This document shows positions 20,514 to 28,835 of a stretch of DNA of 64,000 nt, one piece after another. A program made the position numbers and the translations under genes. Where the stretch lies: the NCBI GenBank assembly GCA_051955835.1, contig JBQCGH010000127.1, forward strand, positions 4,590 to 68,589, in the 5' to 3' direction. Each line of letters starts with the position of its first letter. Within the stretch, counting starts at the first letter, position 1. Below the pieces are notes generated by a model, which saw only the letters and a list, made by a program, of their open reading frames with translations, had not been told where the DNA came from and ran no database searches. This DNA is from Gemmatimonadales bacterium (GTDB lineage: Bacteria > Gemmatimonadota > Gemmatimonadetes > Gemmatimonadales > GWC2-71-9).

Positions 20514-22028
20514 CTAGTCGCTTCCTTTTTCCACCGCCGTCGGAAGCATGATGTCGAACCGGGAGCCCTGTCCGGCCTCCGAGTAGGCCCAGATGTAGCC
20601 GTCGTTCTGTTTGACCGCGCCGTAGACGGCCGCGAGGCCAAGCCCGGTTCCCTGCCCGAACGGCCTGGTCGTGAAGAACGGCTCGAAGATGCGCTCCAGC
20701 ACTTCAGCGTTCATGCCCGTGCCGGTGTCACTCACGGTGATCGTGACGTACCGGCCGGCCGGAACCGCCGCGCCGGGGTGCTGCGCGCGCAGGTCGGCCT
20801 CCTCGAACCGCTCCTCGCGAGTCGCGATGGCGAGCCGGCCGCCGCCCGGCATCGCGTCGCGACCGTTGAGCACCAGGTCCACCAGGACCTGCTCGAGCTG
20901 GTTCGGGTCCACCCGAACCTGCGCGCCTCCGGCTGCGAGATCGAGCACCAGCTCGACGCGCGCGCCGGGCAGCGCGCGCAGCCCCGGCGCGATTCGAGCG
21001 ATCGCCGTGTCGACGTCGAGCAGCACCGGCACGCTGATCTCCCGCCGCGCGAACGCGAGGAGCCGCCTGGTAAGCGATGCGGACCGGTGCGCCGAGGCGA
21101 GGATCTCGGCGACGTAGTGATGGCGCGAGTCGCCGGTCGAAAAGTCACGGTCCAGCAGGTCGGCGAACCCGATGATGGACATGAGCATGTTGTTGAGCTC
21201 GTGGGCCACGCCGCCCGCGAGCCGGCCAACCGCCTCGAGGCGCTGGCCGTGGCGCAGCTCGGTGCGACTGCGCTCCACCCGCCCGAGGTCTACCATGGCG
21301 CCCAGCATTCGAAGCGGAACTCCTTCCGTGCTCCGCATGATGAGCGCGCGGTCATGGACCAGCGCATACTCGCCGTCACGGCGCCGGAAGCGGTACTGCT
21401 CCTCCCACCGCTCGTGTCCGCCGGTAATGGCGCGCTGGATGCCCGCCACCACGCGACGCCGGTCCTCCGCGTGGAGGCGCTCCTCCCACCAGCGAACGTC
21501 GCGCTCGACCTCGGCGGGCGGATACCCGAAGACCTCCTCGAAGCCATCGGTCCACACGATCGTGTCCGTGTTGAGGTCGCGGTCCCAGAGCGCCTCGTCC
21601 GCCGCCCGCGCCGCCAGTCGGTAGCGCTCGGCGCTGCCCCGGAGCTGCTGCTCGAATTCGCGCTCGCCCGTGAGGTCGCGGAAGATCTTCCCCAAGGCCG
21701 CCACCGCTCCCCGCGCATCCGTCACTCGATAGGTCATGCCGGAGGCCCAGAACCGTGAGCCGTCCTTGCGCTGAAGCCAGCGCTCGTCACTGGCTTCCCC
21801 GTGCTCGGCCGCGAAGGCCAGTTCGCGCTCGGGTACCCCGGCGGCGCGATCCTCAGGAACGAAAATCTCGCGGGTGTGCTGGCCGATGAACTCTTCCGCC
21901 GTGTAGCCCAGCAGACGCTCGACGCCGACCCCCCAGGTGAGGTTCAGGCCCTGAGGGTCGATCAGAAACACCGCGTGGTCGCGCGCCTGCTCGACCAGCG
22001 CGCACAGCAGCTCCATGCTCTCCACCAT
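20514..22028 (-). CDS. Cytoplasmic PAS-PAS sensor histidine kinase
   Basis: Two PAS-like segments, H-box VAHELNNMLMSIIGFADLL, and an HATPase N/G boxes (LNGRDAM, DTGTGM, GTGLGL). No TM helices. Confidence 0.9.
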   Translation of the reverse strand: MVESMELLCALVEQARDHAVFLIDPQGLNLTWGVGVERLLGYTAEEFIGQHTREIFVPEDRAAGVPERELAFAAEHGEASDERWLQRKDGSRFWASGMTYRVTDARGAVAALGKIFRDLTGEREFEQQLRGSAERYRLAARAADEALWDRDLNTDTIVWTDGFEEVFGYPPAEVERDVRWWEERLHAEDRRRVVAGIQRAITGGHERWEEQYRFRRRDGEYALVHDRALIMRSTEGVPLRMLGAMVDLGRVERSRTELRHGQRLEAVGRLAGGVAHELNNMLMSIIGFADLLDRDFSTGDSRHHYVAEILASAHRSASLTRRLLAFARREISVPVLLDVDTAIARIAPGLRALPGARVELVLDLAAGGAQVRVDPNQLEQVLVDLVLNGRDAMPGGGRLAIATREERFEEADLRAQHPGAAVPAGRYVTITVSDTGTGMNAEVLERIFEPFFTTRPFGQGTGLGLAAVYGAVKQNDGYIWAYSEAGQGSRFDIMLPTAVEKGSD

Positions 22029-22222
22029 GGCCCGATCGGCCTCCTTTCCCGCTGGTGCAGCTTACCCCTGCGCGCCGGGCTCGACCGTGAGTGTGCTCAC
22101 CCTTCTTTGCCTGATTCGGGGCTGCCCCTGACGGGCCTTCCGAGACGGTGTATCTTATTCGGCGCGGATGACTTGCAGGCCGGCCACCACGCTGCCGGCG
22201 GACCTTCAGCGGGAGGACCCGG

Positions 22223-23041
22223 GTGGCGCACGGCCGCGGCTACATCATTCCGGTGGGCGGGGCGGAAGAAAAGATCGGCGACATCACGATCCTCAGGCGC
22301 TTCGCGTCGCTCTGCGGTACCGACGGCCGGATCGCGATCATTCCCACGGCCTCCGAGGTGAGTGACACCGGGGCCCGCTACGAGACGCTGTTCCAGGGCC
22401 TGGGCGTGGCCGGCGCCCGCGCGCTCCCCATCCAGACCCGCGCCGATGCCGAGCTGCCCGAGCTGCTCGCGATCCTGAACGAGGCCGACGGCGTGTTCCT
22501 GACCGGAGGCAATCAGCTCCGGCTCAGCACGATGATCGGGGGCACGACCATGGCCAAGGCCCTCCGGCGCCGGAACGCCGAGGGCGTGCACATCGCCGGG
22601 ACCTCGGCGGGTGCGGCATTCCTCTGCGAGCACATGATCGCATTCGGCAAGGAAGGCGCGTCGCCGCGGGCCAAGATCGTGACCCTCGCGCCGGGGCTCG
22701 GTCTGACCAATCGGGTGATCATCGACCAGCACTTCCGCCAGCGCGACCGTCTGGGTCGGCTGCTCACGGCGCTGGCATACAATCCGTTCGCGATCGGAAT
22801 CGGGCTCGACGAGAACACCGCGGCGTTCATCGGCCCGGAGGACATGCTCGAGGTGGTGGGGGGTGGCGCGCTCACCATCGTGGATCCGTCGGAGCTCCAG
22901 TTCTCGTCGATGGCGCGAGTACGCAAAAACGACGCGGTGTGTCTCATCGGGCTTCGGGTCCACATCCTGGACCACGGGTCGACGTTCAACCTGACGAGCC
23001 GGGTCGCCGCAGCGGCGCCCGCGATCGCGCAGCGGGCGTAG
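22223..23041 (+). CDS. cphB: Cyanophycinase (peptidase S51), no signal peptide
   Basis: GYIIPVGGAEEK, GVFLTGGNQLRL, IAGTSAGAAFL (catalytic Ser context), IIDQHF. GTG start with GGGAGGA 5 nt upstream. Confidence 0.9.
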   Translation: MAHGRGYIIPVGGAEEKIGDITILRRFASLCGTDGRIAIIPTASEVSDTGARYETLFQGLGVAGARALPIQTRADAELPELLAILNEADGVFLTGGNQLRLSTMIGGTTMAKALRRRNAEGVHIAGTSAGAAFLCEHMIAFGKEGASPRAKIVTLAPGLGLTNRVIIDQHFRQRDRLGRLLTALAYNPFAIGIGLDENTAAFIGPEDMLEVVGGGALTIVDPSELQFSSMARVRKNDAVCLIGLRVHILDHGSTFNLTSRVAAAAPAIAQRA

Positions 23042-23075
23042 GGGCGAGCCGGGCCCCCGACAAGGAACATTTCAG

Positions 23076-25862
23076 ATGCGGATCATCGATCGTGCGGTCT
23101 ATGTGGGTCCCAGCCTCTACGCCCACTTTCCCGTCATCCGGCTCGAGATCGACCTCGGGCCCCTCGAGGCGTGGCCGTCGGCGAAGCTCGGGCCGACGTT
23201 CATCGAGCGGCTGCTGGACGCGCTGCCCGGGCTCCATGAGCACGGCTGCTCGTACGGCGAGCCGGGCGGCTTCGTGCGGCGGCTCCGGGAAGACGAAGGC
23301 ACCTGGATGGGGCACATCCTCGAGCACGTGGCCATCGAGCTGCAGAACGTGGCCGGCGAGTCGGTCACCTTCGGCAAGACCCGCGGCGCGGGCGCCGACG
23401 GCCGGTACCACGTCATCTACCAGTACGAGCAGGAGGATGTCGGCCTCGAAGCCGGGCGGCTCGGCATCGCCTTGCTCCACTCGCTGCTCCCGCCAGCGCT
23501 GCGTCCGGAGGGCGTGGTACCGCCCGACTTCGATTTCGAGGGCGAGCGCGACGAGTTCATCCGTTTCGCGCAGCGCCGGGCGCTGGGCCCGAGCACGATG
23601 TCGCTGGTGCGCGCGGCGGAGGAGCGGCGCATCCCGTGGATCCGGCTCAACGAGCAAAGCCTGATTCAGTTCGGTCACGGCCGGTTCCAGCAGCGGATCC
23701 AGGCCACCGTCACCAGCCGCACCTCGCATATCGCCGTCGAGCTCGCGTCGGACAAGGAAGAGACCAACGGGATCCTCGGCAACCTCGGCCTCCCGGTGCC
23801 GAGCCAGCGGCTGGTGCAGCGGGAGGACGACGCGGTGTCGGCGGCTGAGCGGATCGGTTATCCGGTCGTCGTCAAGCCGTACAACGCGAACCACGGGCGC
23901 GGCATCTCGATCCACCTCACCACCGAAGCGCAGGTGCGCGAGGCGTTCGAGGTCGCGCGCGAGCACAGCCGAAGTGTCATCATCGAGAGCTTCATCGTCG
24001 GCGAGGACCACCGGATGCTGGTGATCAACGGCGAGCTCATCGCGGTCTCCAAGCGGGTGCCGGGCCACGTCGTGGGCGACGGGGTGCGCACGATCGAGCA
24101 GCTGGTGGACGAGGTCAACAAGGACCCGCGGCGTGGCATCGGCCACGAGAAGGTGCTCACCCGGCTGATGTTCGACCACCAGGCCGACACGATGCTGGCC
24201 AAGCGGGGCTACACCCGCGAGACCGTACCGGAGGAGGGTGAGCTGGTCTTCCTGCGCTCGACCGGCAATCTCTCGACCGGCGGGACGGCGACCGACATGA
24301 CCGACCTGGTCCACCCCGACAACGCCGAGATGGCGGTGCGCGCGGTCAAGGCGATCGGCCTGGATGTGGGCGGGGTGGACTTCCTCACCACCGACATCAC
24401 CGAGTCCTACAAGGACGTCGGTGGGGCGATATGCGAGATCAACGCGGCGCCCGGCTTCCGCATGCACATGGCGCCGAGCGAGGGCCGCGCGCGCGACGTG
24501 TCGGGACCGGTGCTCGACATGCTGTTCCCGCCGGGCACGCCGAGCCGGATCCCGATCGCGGCGGTGACCGGCACCAACGGCAAGACGACCACGGCGCGCA
24601 TGCTGGCGCACATTCACAAGCTTGCCGGGCATCACGTGGGCCTCACCAGCACCGACGGCGTGTACATCGACGGACAACGCACGGTGTCGGGCGACATGAC
24701 CGGGCCGGTGGCGACGCGGATGGTGCTGAGCGACCCCAAGGTCGACGTTGCCGTGCTCGAGATCGCGCGCGGCGGCCTGTTGCGCGCCGGGATGGGCGTC
24801 CGCCACTGCGACGTAGGGGCCGTGCTCAACATCAAGTCCGACCACCTGGGCCTTCGCGGCGTGGGGACGCTCGAGGACCTCGCCAAGGTGAAGCGCATCG
24901 TGGTCGAGGTGGCGCGCGAGACGGCGGTGCTCAATGCCGACGACCCGCTCTGCCTCGCCATGGCCGACTACACCTCGGCCAAGAACCTGTGCTACGTCAC
25001 GATGGATCCGACCCACGAGCTGGTGAGCGAGCACATCAAGGCGGGCGGACGGGGACTGGTCCTGGAGAGCGGGATCAAGGGGCAGATGATCACGATCTAC
25101 GATCGGGGCGCCCACATCCCGCTGCTCTGGACCCACCTGATTCCGGCGACCCTCGAGGGCCGCGCGCTGCACAACGTACAGAACGCGATGTTCGCCGCGG
25201 CGATGGCCTTCAGCATGGGGCTCAAGCTGGAGGACATCCGGCATGGCCTTCGGACGTTCGACACCACGTTCTTCCAGGCCCCCGGACGGATGAACATCTT
25301 CGACGAGCACCCGTTCATGGTCATTCTCGACTATGGGCACAATCCCGCCGCGGTCGTGGTGATGTGCCAGCTGGTCGAGCGGCTCGAGCCGGCCGGCCGG
25401 CGGCTCGTGGTGCTCGCCGCGCCGGGTGACCGGCGGGATGAGGACATCGCGGACAACGGCCGGATGGCGGCGGGTCGGTTCGACCGCTACATCGTGCGGC
25501 GCGACGATTCGCTCCGCGGCCGGCAGGCGGACGAGGTGCCCCACCTCCTCCGCGACTCTCTGCTCGCCGCGGGCGTGCCCGCCGAGCGGATCCTGGTGAT
25601 CGCCGACGAGCAGACGGCGATCGACAGCGCGCTGCGCGAGGCCCAGGCGGGTGACCTGCTGCTCATTTTCGCGGACGCGATCACCCGGAGCTGGAAGCAG
25701 GTGATCCAGTTCCGCCCCGAGGCACCGGCCCGGATGCCCGAGCGGCCGCGGACGTCCGCGCCCGAGCCCGCCCCGACGGTGGCCCCCCCCACCCTGGAGG
25801 ATCGCCGGCGCGAGTTCGTACGCGACACGCGAGGCGTGTGGCTGGCGCGGGAAGAGGACTGA
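23076..25862 (+). CDS. cphA: Cyanophycin synthetase CphA1 (N domain, ATP-grasp G domain, Mur-ligase-like M domain)
   Basis: 928 aa. Typical N-terminus MRIIDRAVYVGPSLYAHFPVIRLEIDLG. ATP-grasp region YPVVVKPYNANHGRGIS...EDHRMLVINGELIAVSKR. M-domain P-loop VTGTNGKTTTARML. Confidence 0.95.
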   Translation: MRIIDRAVYVGPSLYAHFPVIRLEIDLGPLEAWPSAKLGPTFIERLLDALPGLHEHGCSYGEPGGFVRRLREDEGTWMGHILEHVAIELQNVAGESVTFGKTRGAGADGRYHVIYQYEQEDVGLEAGRLGIALLHSLLPPALRPEGVVPPDFDFEGERDEFIRFAQRRALGPSTMSLVRAAEERRIPWIRLNEQSLIQFGHGRFQQRIQATVTSRTSHIAVELASDKEETNGILGNLGLPVPSQRLVQREDDAVSAAERIGYPVVVKPYNANHGRGISIHLTTEAQVREAFEVAREHSRSVIIESFIVGEDHRMLVINGELIAVSKRVPGHVVGDGVRTIEQLVDEVNKDPRRGIGHEKVLTRLMFDHQADTMLAKRGYTRETVPEEGELVFLRSTGNLSTGGTATDMTDLVHPDNAEMAVRAVKAIGLDVGGVDFLTTDITESYKDVGGAICEINAAPGFRMHMAPSEGRARDVSGPVLDMLFPPGTPSRIPIAAVTGTNGKTTTARMLAHIHKLAGHHVGLTSTDGVYIDGQRTVSGDMTGPVATRMVLSDPKVDVAVLEIARGGLLRAGMGVRHCDVGAVLNIKSDHLGLRGVGTLEDLAKVKRIVVEVARETAVLNADDPLCLAMADYTSAKNLCYVTMDPTHELVSEHIKAGGRGLVLESGIKGQMITIYDRGAHIPLLWTHLIPATLEGRALHNVQNAMFAAAMAFSMGLKLEDIRHGLRTFDTTFFQAPGRMNIFDEHPFMVILDYGHNPAAVVVMCQLVERLEPAGRRLVVLAAPGDRRDEDIADNGRMAAGRFDRYIVRRDDSLRGRQADEVPHLLRDSLLAAGVPAERILVIADEQTAIDSALREAQAGDLLLIFADAITRSWKQVIQFRPEAPARMPERPRTSAPEPAPTVAPPTLEDRRREFVRDTRGVWLAREED

Positions 25863-25867
25863 GGCGC

Positions 25868-25967
25868 GGTGAGCGGTGAGCGTGTCGGTCACGCTCACCG
25901 CCTCCCGGTCCTTCCGCACTCACCGCCCGCCCACGTCGCACCGCTCACCCAACGCTCACCTCTTACC
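25868..25967. repeat. Intergenic cluster of GGTGAGC heptamers: 2 direct tandem copies then 5 inverted copies, including a 10-bp perfect hairpin
   Basis: GGTGAGC at 25868-74 and 25875-81. Hairpin GGTGAGCGTG-TCGGT-CACGCTCACC at 25875-25899. Inverted GCTCACC/ACTCACC/TCTTACC at 25893-99, 25918-24, 25943-49, 25954-60 and 25961-67. Confidence 0.8.
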
Positions 25968-25993
25968 CGAGCTCTTAGCCGCCATCGGCGCCC

Positions 25994-27712
25994 ATGCTGC
26001 GTGATTCCCCCGCCACCGTCTCCGACTCTCGCCGGCTGACCGGGCCATCGCTGCTGCTCGATGGCCCCGGGGCAGTGATGGAGGTGCACCACGACGAGCA
26101 AGCGATCGGACAGGCGGTCGCGGCGTGGGAACTCTCGGCGCGTCGGCTGCTGCATGCGGTGGGCTGGGAAGGCGAGCGCGTCGTGGTGCGGCGGTTCGCC
26201 GGTGGTGCGAGCCTGGCCCTCACGGCGCCGGCGGACGTCCTCTACGCGGCGACCGAGCTGAACGAGGCGGCCTGGGCGGCGGCAGCGGGCGAGGCGAAGC
26301 AGGAGCAGGCGACAGTCGCGGCGCTCCGAGCCACGATCGCGGCGGAGCGGAATCCGCGGCTCCTCACGCTCCGCGCGGCGGCCCGCGAGCACGGCGTGCT
26401 CTTCCTCGCCGGCGAGGAGCACGTCTCGGCCGGCGCGGGGACCGGGGTGCGGGTGTGGGCTGAGACCGACCTGCCCGACCCCGAGGCCGTCGACTGGACG
26501 CACGTGCACGACGTGCCGGTCGCGCTCGTCACCGGCTCGAACGGCAAGACGACGGTGACCCGCCTGCTCGCGGCGATGGCAACCGAGGCCGGTCGCGTCA
26601 CCGGCTTCACCTCGACCGAAGGCGTGTACCTCCGCGGCGAGATGCTGGGCGAGGGTGACTTTTCCGGTCCGAGCGGAGCCAGGCTCCTGCTCAGGCAGCC
26701 GGCGCTGGAGGTGGCGGTGCTCGAGACCGCGCGGGGCGGGCTGCTCCGCCGCGGCCTCGGTGTGGACCGCGCGACCGTCGCGGTGGTCACCAATGTCGCC
26801 GACGACCACCTCGGCGAATACGGGATCGTCGATCTGAAGGCACTCACCGACGTGAAGCTCCTGGTCGCCCGTGCGGTCGGACCCCGTGGGGCGGTCGTGC
26901 TCAATGCCGACGACCCGGCCCTCCGCGCCCGCGGCGAGCGCCTCGCCACGCCCGTGGTCTGGTTCACGCTCGATCCGTCACAGCCGACGGTCGCGCGTCA
27001 TCTGGCCGCCGGCGGGCGTGCGGCGATCTGGGACGACGGTGCGCTGGTGCTCGCCGCGGGACGCGAGCGCGCGACGGTGGCGCGGGTGGACGAGGTGCCG
27101 ATCACCGTCGGCGGAGCGGCCCGGCACAACGTCGCCAACGCGCTCGCCGCGCTCGGTGCGGCCGCCGGGCTCGGGCTGCCGCTGGACGCCGTGGGTCGCG
27201 CGCTCCGCCGGTTCGGCCGCGAGGGTGAGGACAACGCGGGTCGCGCCAACGTCATGGACCTGGGCGGTGTACGGCTCGTCATCGACTACGCCCACAATCC
27301 GCACGGCATGAGCGCGCTCGCACGGATGATCGGGGCGCTGCCGGGCGCGCGGCGGCTGGTCATGCTTGGGCAGGCCGGCGACCGATCGGACGACGCGATC
27401 CGCGCGCTGGCGCGCGCGGCGCTCCAGCTCCGCCCGGATCGGATTGTCCTCAAAGAGATGGAGCGTTATCTCCGCGGCCGGGCACCGGGCGAGGTGCCGG
27501 CCCTCATGGCCGACGAGCTGGCGCGCCAAGGCGTGCCCGCGGCGGCGGTGAGCCGGCCGGGGACGGAGCTCGCGGCGGTGCGCGACGCACTGGCATGGGC
27601 GCGGCCCGGCGACGTGCTGCTGTTGGCGGTCCACCAGGACAGGCCGCGGGTGCTCGAGCTGCTCGACCAGATGCGCGGGGCGAAATGGCGGGCAGGGGAC
27701 CCGGTGCCCTGA
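25994..27712 (+). CDS. Cyanophycin-synthetase-like Mur-ligase-family protein lacking the ATP-grasp domain (CphA-type N region plus M domain only)
   Basis: 572 aa. P-loop VTGSNGKTTVTRLLA at about residue 195. It is collinear with the CphA1 M domain here (EGVYLRGEMLGEGDFSGPSGARLLL / DGVYIDGQRTVSGDMTGPVATRMVL; LETARGGLLRRGLG / LEIARGGLLRAGMG; IDYAHNPHG / LDYGHNPAA). There is no KPxxxxxG ATP-grasp segment. Confidence 0.8.
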   Translation: MLRDSPATVSDSRRLTGPSLLLDGPGAVMEVHHDEQAIGQAVAAWELSARRLLHAVGWEGERVVVRRFAGGASLALTAPADVLYAATELNEAAWAAAAGEAKQEQATVAALRATIAAERNPRLLTLRAAAREHGVLFLAGEEHVSAGAGTGVRVWAETDLPDPEAVDWTHVHDVPVALVTGSNGKTTVTRLLAAMATEAGRVTGFTSTEGVYLRGEMLGEGDFSGPSGARLLLRQPALEVAVLETARGGLLRRGLGVDRATVAVVTNVADDHLGEYGIVDLKALTDVKLLVARAVGPRGAVVLNADDPALRARGERLATPVVWFTLDPSQPTVARHLAAGGRAAIWDDGALVLAAGRERATVARVDEVPITVGGAARHNVANALAALGAAAGLGLPLDAVGRALRRFGREGEDNAGRANVMDLGGVRLVIDYAHNPHGMSALARMIGALPGARRLVMLGQAGDRSDDAIRALARAALQLRPDRIVLKEMERYLRGRAPGEVPALMADELARQGVPAAAVSRPGTELAAVRDALAWARPGDVLLLAVHQDRPRVLELLDQMRGAKWRAGDPVP

Positions 27713-27980
27713 AGCTCGGTACACCCACGATCTGCCGTTCTCGTGCAGACCCCGGGTTCGGACCGCGTTGCCCCAAGCGGTTCAAGGCGATTGACCAGGC
27801 AAGAAGGCCAAGGGGCCGCCCGAGGAGCTCGGCTGCTCCCGGCTAGATTCCGGCACGCTCAGGCTCCCGTTACCGTCCGACCGAGGCCCCGCGACGCTCC
27901 CCCAGCCACAAGATTCCGCTCGCCGCGAGCGGCCCTGGATTTCTCTCGGCTTAAGCGCCGCGCTCCACGCGGCGCTTCTC

Positions 27981-28796
27981 GTGCTGGCTGTGCGGCTGTC
28001 CCGCGCACCGGCCGGATCGGGGGAGGAGCCGCAGCAGCGCGCGGCGGATACCTCGCGCCAGGTGCAGATGGTCTACCTGCAGCCGCCGGCTCAGCGCCCC
28101 AAGCCCTCAGTCCCACCTCCGAAGCCGGCGCCACCGACGCCCCCGCCCCAGCCGGTGCGGCCTCCGCCGACACCGTCCCCCGCGCCGGTCCCGCGGATTG
28201 CGCCACCACCGCCCAAGGAGCAGCGAACACCGGAGCCCGACGCCAACGCGCCACCCGACGCCGAGCGGCGGACCGGTGAGGAGCCGACGAAGGACGCGCC
28301 GAGCGGCGGCGATCCGACCGGCGCGACCGCGGACAAGGACGGCTCGCGGGCGCCGGCGGAGAACGAGGCAACGATGGAGTCGGAAGCCAAGCGGATCTTC
28401 GGCGCTCCGCACCTCGGACCGAGACCGGGCGCGGGCCCGCAGGCGAGCCGGCCGATGGAGGCCTACCTGCCCGATCACCCGGAGCGCTGCATCCCGAAGC
28501 CCGGCGTGGCGGCCGAGTCGGCCCGACCGACGCAGTTCGGGACGGTGGTGGGGAAGATCTTCCGCCAGGACAACGGGCAGCCGCTCGCGGGCGCGCACCT
28601 GCAGATGCTGGGCACGCCGTTCGTCACCTTCACCGACGATCAGGGCGAGTACCACTTCCGGTTCGACCTGTCGCTGGTGGACAACTGCCGCACCCAATAC
28701 GTGCGGGTGACGGCCCCAGGATACGAGTCGCGCCTGCTGGTGCTCGTCGTCGGGCCGAACGTGCTCAGCGAGGACGTGCTGCTGAAGCGGAGGTAG
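27981..28796 (+). CDS. TonB-like Pro-rich protein with C-terminal CarboxypepD_reg-like domain; the membrane anchor lies upstream of the first canonical start
   Basis: Pro-rich spacer PKPSVPPPKPAPPTPPPQPVRPPPTPSPAPVP. C-terminus GTVVGKIFRQDNGQPLAGAHLQMLGTPFVTFTDDQGEYHFRF. In-frame upstream residues SARRERPWISLGLSAALHAALLVLAVRL form the expected TM anchor. Confidence 0.65.
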   Translation: MLAVRLSRAPAGSGEEPQQRAADTSRQVQMVYLQPPAQRPKPSVPPPKPAPPTPPPQPVRPPPTPSPAPVPRIAPPPPKEQRTPEPDANAPPDAERRTGEEPTKDAPSGGDPTGATADKDGSRAPAENEATMESEAKRIFGAPHLGPRPGAGPQASRPMEAYLPDHPERCIPKPGVAAESARPTQFGTVVGKIFRQDNGQPLAGAHLQMLGTPFVTFTDDQGEYHFRFDLSLVDNCRTQYVRVTAPGYESRLLVLVVGPNVLSEDVLLKRR

Positions 28797-28835
28797 GACC
28801 GGGTGCTGCGCCCCTTCCGCGGTCGCCGTGAGTGG

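Noticed and set aside
22986-25919. 977-aa minus-strand ORF
   Set aside because: It is antisense to cphA1, whose identity is unambiguous. The composition is dominated by R, G, H, P, and no domain signature is present.
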